Positions 62,600 to 64,000 of a stretch of 64,000 nt of DNA are shown here, piece after piece. The DNA is from Chiloscyllium plagiosum (Eukaryota). The notes under the pieces were generated by a model. It did no database searches, was not told the origin of the DNA, and was given only the letters and a program-made list of their open reading frames with translations. The stretch is taken from NCBI RefSeq assembly GCF_004010195.1, contig NC_057719.1, forward strand, positions 72,534,583 through 72,598,582, given 5' to 3'. The position numbers and the translations under genes were made by a program. Numbering within the stretch: the stretch's first letter is position 1; each line of letters begins with the position of its first letter.

Positions 62600-64000
62600 A
62601 CAGAGTCAGGACTGCCTTAAGTTTGGGGAAAAAGTGAGAACAGTGTCACAGGAAAGTCATAAGTTGATCAGCTAGTGAGCATTGCTGCTTAGGGAATGAA
62701 TCTGAACAACCGGCCTTAATTAAACATGGAAAATATAAACTACTGATAACAAGTAACAACAGAGTAGCTGGCGAATCTTACCTCAAATCTTTATAGGCGG
62801 CTTATTCACACTTGTAATGTTAATAATTGTTAGATTTATTGGCAGCAGTAAGGTTTATAGAGATTGCTTCAATCTTTCCACTGTATGCTCTGAGTAATAA
62901 GGAAATTCAAGGTTGCTTCCTGTGTCTTGGATAACATTTATACAGCCAATGGAACTCACCAGAGCTGCTTGAGCACCAAATCTGGAGCTTGAGCAACAAC
63001 TGCACATCCATGAGGTTGAGCGCGAAGTGGATATCACAAACATTTACCGATGTGGTCATCCCACAGCTTAAGAGTACATAGGAAAAGACTGAATGGGTGA
63101 CTAAAAGGCAGTCAAAAACCAAGAGAGAATCTCTGAAAGCATCTAGCTCTCCAAATAATATTCAGTTCTGAATACCAATGAAAGTGATAGTGTAGCTCAG
63201 CAGTGCAGCCAGTCAATTTCATGATGCCATTGGTGACTAAGTGGTATGTAAATAGGAATGCACAATGAAGGGGAAAAGATATATTTTTTCTGCAATGAAT
63301 AAAGAATGGGGTGTTGGAGAGGGAGTTGGAAGGCTAAGGGAAGAGGGCAGGCTGAGGAGAGAAAGAGAGGGAAGGGAGAAGGGAAACAGAACAGACAAAA
63401 GGAGAAATAAAGATGAATACTCTAAAGATGGAGGGCTTTAGATAGCTGGGGCATGAGGATAGGCTTTAGGGAGATGGGACCTGTCCAGGCCGGACAGATT
63501 GAGTTTCTTGTAGGGTGGTTTTTTTTGCTCTTGGAGTTTAGTTAACCTGGCAGGGGTGTAAAGAGCAAGAAATAACACCAGAAAAGAATACCAACATGCA
63601 CAAAACATAGGGTGAGACAGTATTTCGTATTCTGGAATTATCTAAGTTAATACATGGGGACATGCCACTGTGTGGTCAGAAAGTTTGGTGAGTTACACAG
63701 ATTATTTTGAGAAACTATGACATTGTAATTTTTACAGAGATTCTCAAAGAAGGGCAGACTGGATGTTAAATATTCCTGGATATTTAAAATATTTGGAAAA
63801 TAGGAATGGAAGGAAAAGAGGAAAGGTGGAGGACAATGAGTAAAGAGGGTACTGCTGTGCATCAGAGGATGGACCAGAGGTCTCAAGATCAGAATCTATT
63901 AGCTTGGACGAAGGAATACAAATGTTACAGTTAGATTGTACAATTAGGCTACCAACTAATGAGAAGGATGAGGGAAACAGTTGTGCAAGTCAGTTGCAGG
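62600..64000 (+). mobile_element. Decayed CR1 5' region (ORF1 esterase and start of ORF2), running off the window
   Basis: Degenerate GFR-LGH-DR-.GRWDL..PD motif at about 63435-63500; WHVP and ESI.L motifs of the endonuclease at about 63770-63905. Confidence 0.5.

Noticed and set aside
66..63886. Most ORF-track entries (60-158 aa) as independent genes
   Set aside because: They are transposon fragments or chance ORFs in AT-rich intronic DNA. Only 8939..9127 contains true STRN3 coding sequence in frame.
49907..64000. Next upstream STRN3 exon (expected LGLGDLADLTV-like peptide)
   Set aside because: No matching minus-strand peptide was found by eye, including 60180-60480; it probably lies beyond the window, although a miss is possible.

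Overview
Eukaryotic (vertebrate) DNA. The repeat content (HE1-like tRNA SINEs, abundant CR1/HER1-type LINEs) points to a shark or other elasmobranch; the species is not determined. The only host gene is the 3' half of striatin-3 (STRN3) on the minus strand. Eight GT-AG exons (49906-49731, 13857-13810, 13505-13384, 9150-8983, 7995-7855, 5077-4970, 4877-4791, 4475-4306) join in frame to 1020 nt, encoding 339 aa of the WD40 region plus the stop, followed by an AT-rich 3'UTR. The next upstream exon was not found in the window. The introns, one of them 35.9 kb, hold nested CR1, L2, L1/Tx1, SINE, solo-LTR and pogo/Tigger-like remnants. The most striking signal is about 11 short (about 100-510 bp) non-coding Penelope-like insertions. 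Most have 13-17 bp target-site duplications and a fold-back structure with a constant 34-38 nt tail. Each carries an intact or decayed minimal type-I hammerhead ribozyme motif (CUGAnGA-A-stem II-GAAA-CG-UC, with a palindromic ACGU stem III). One copy appears to have transduced genomic cargo, and one of its arms ends at the predicted cleavage site. Repeat family assignments come from recognising motifs by eye, and repeat boundaries without a TSD are approximate.
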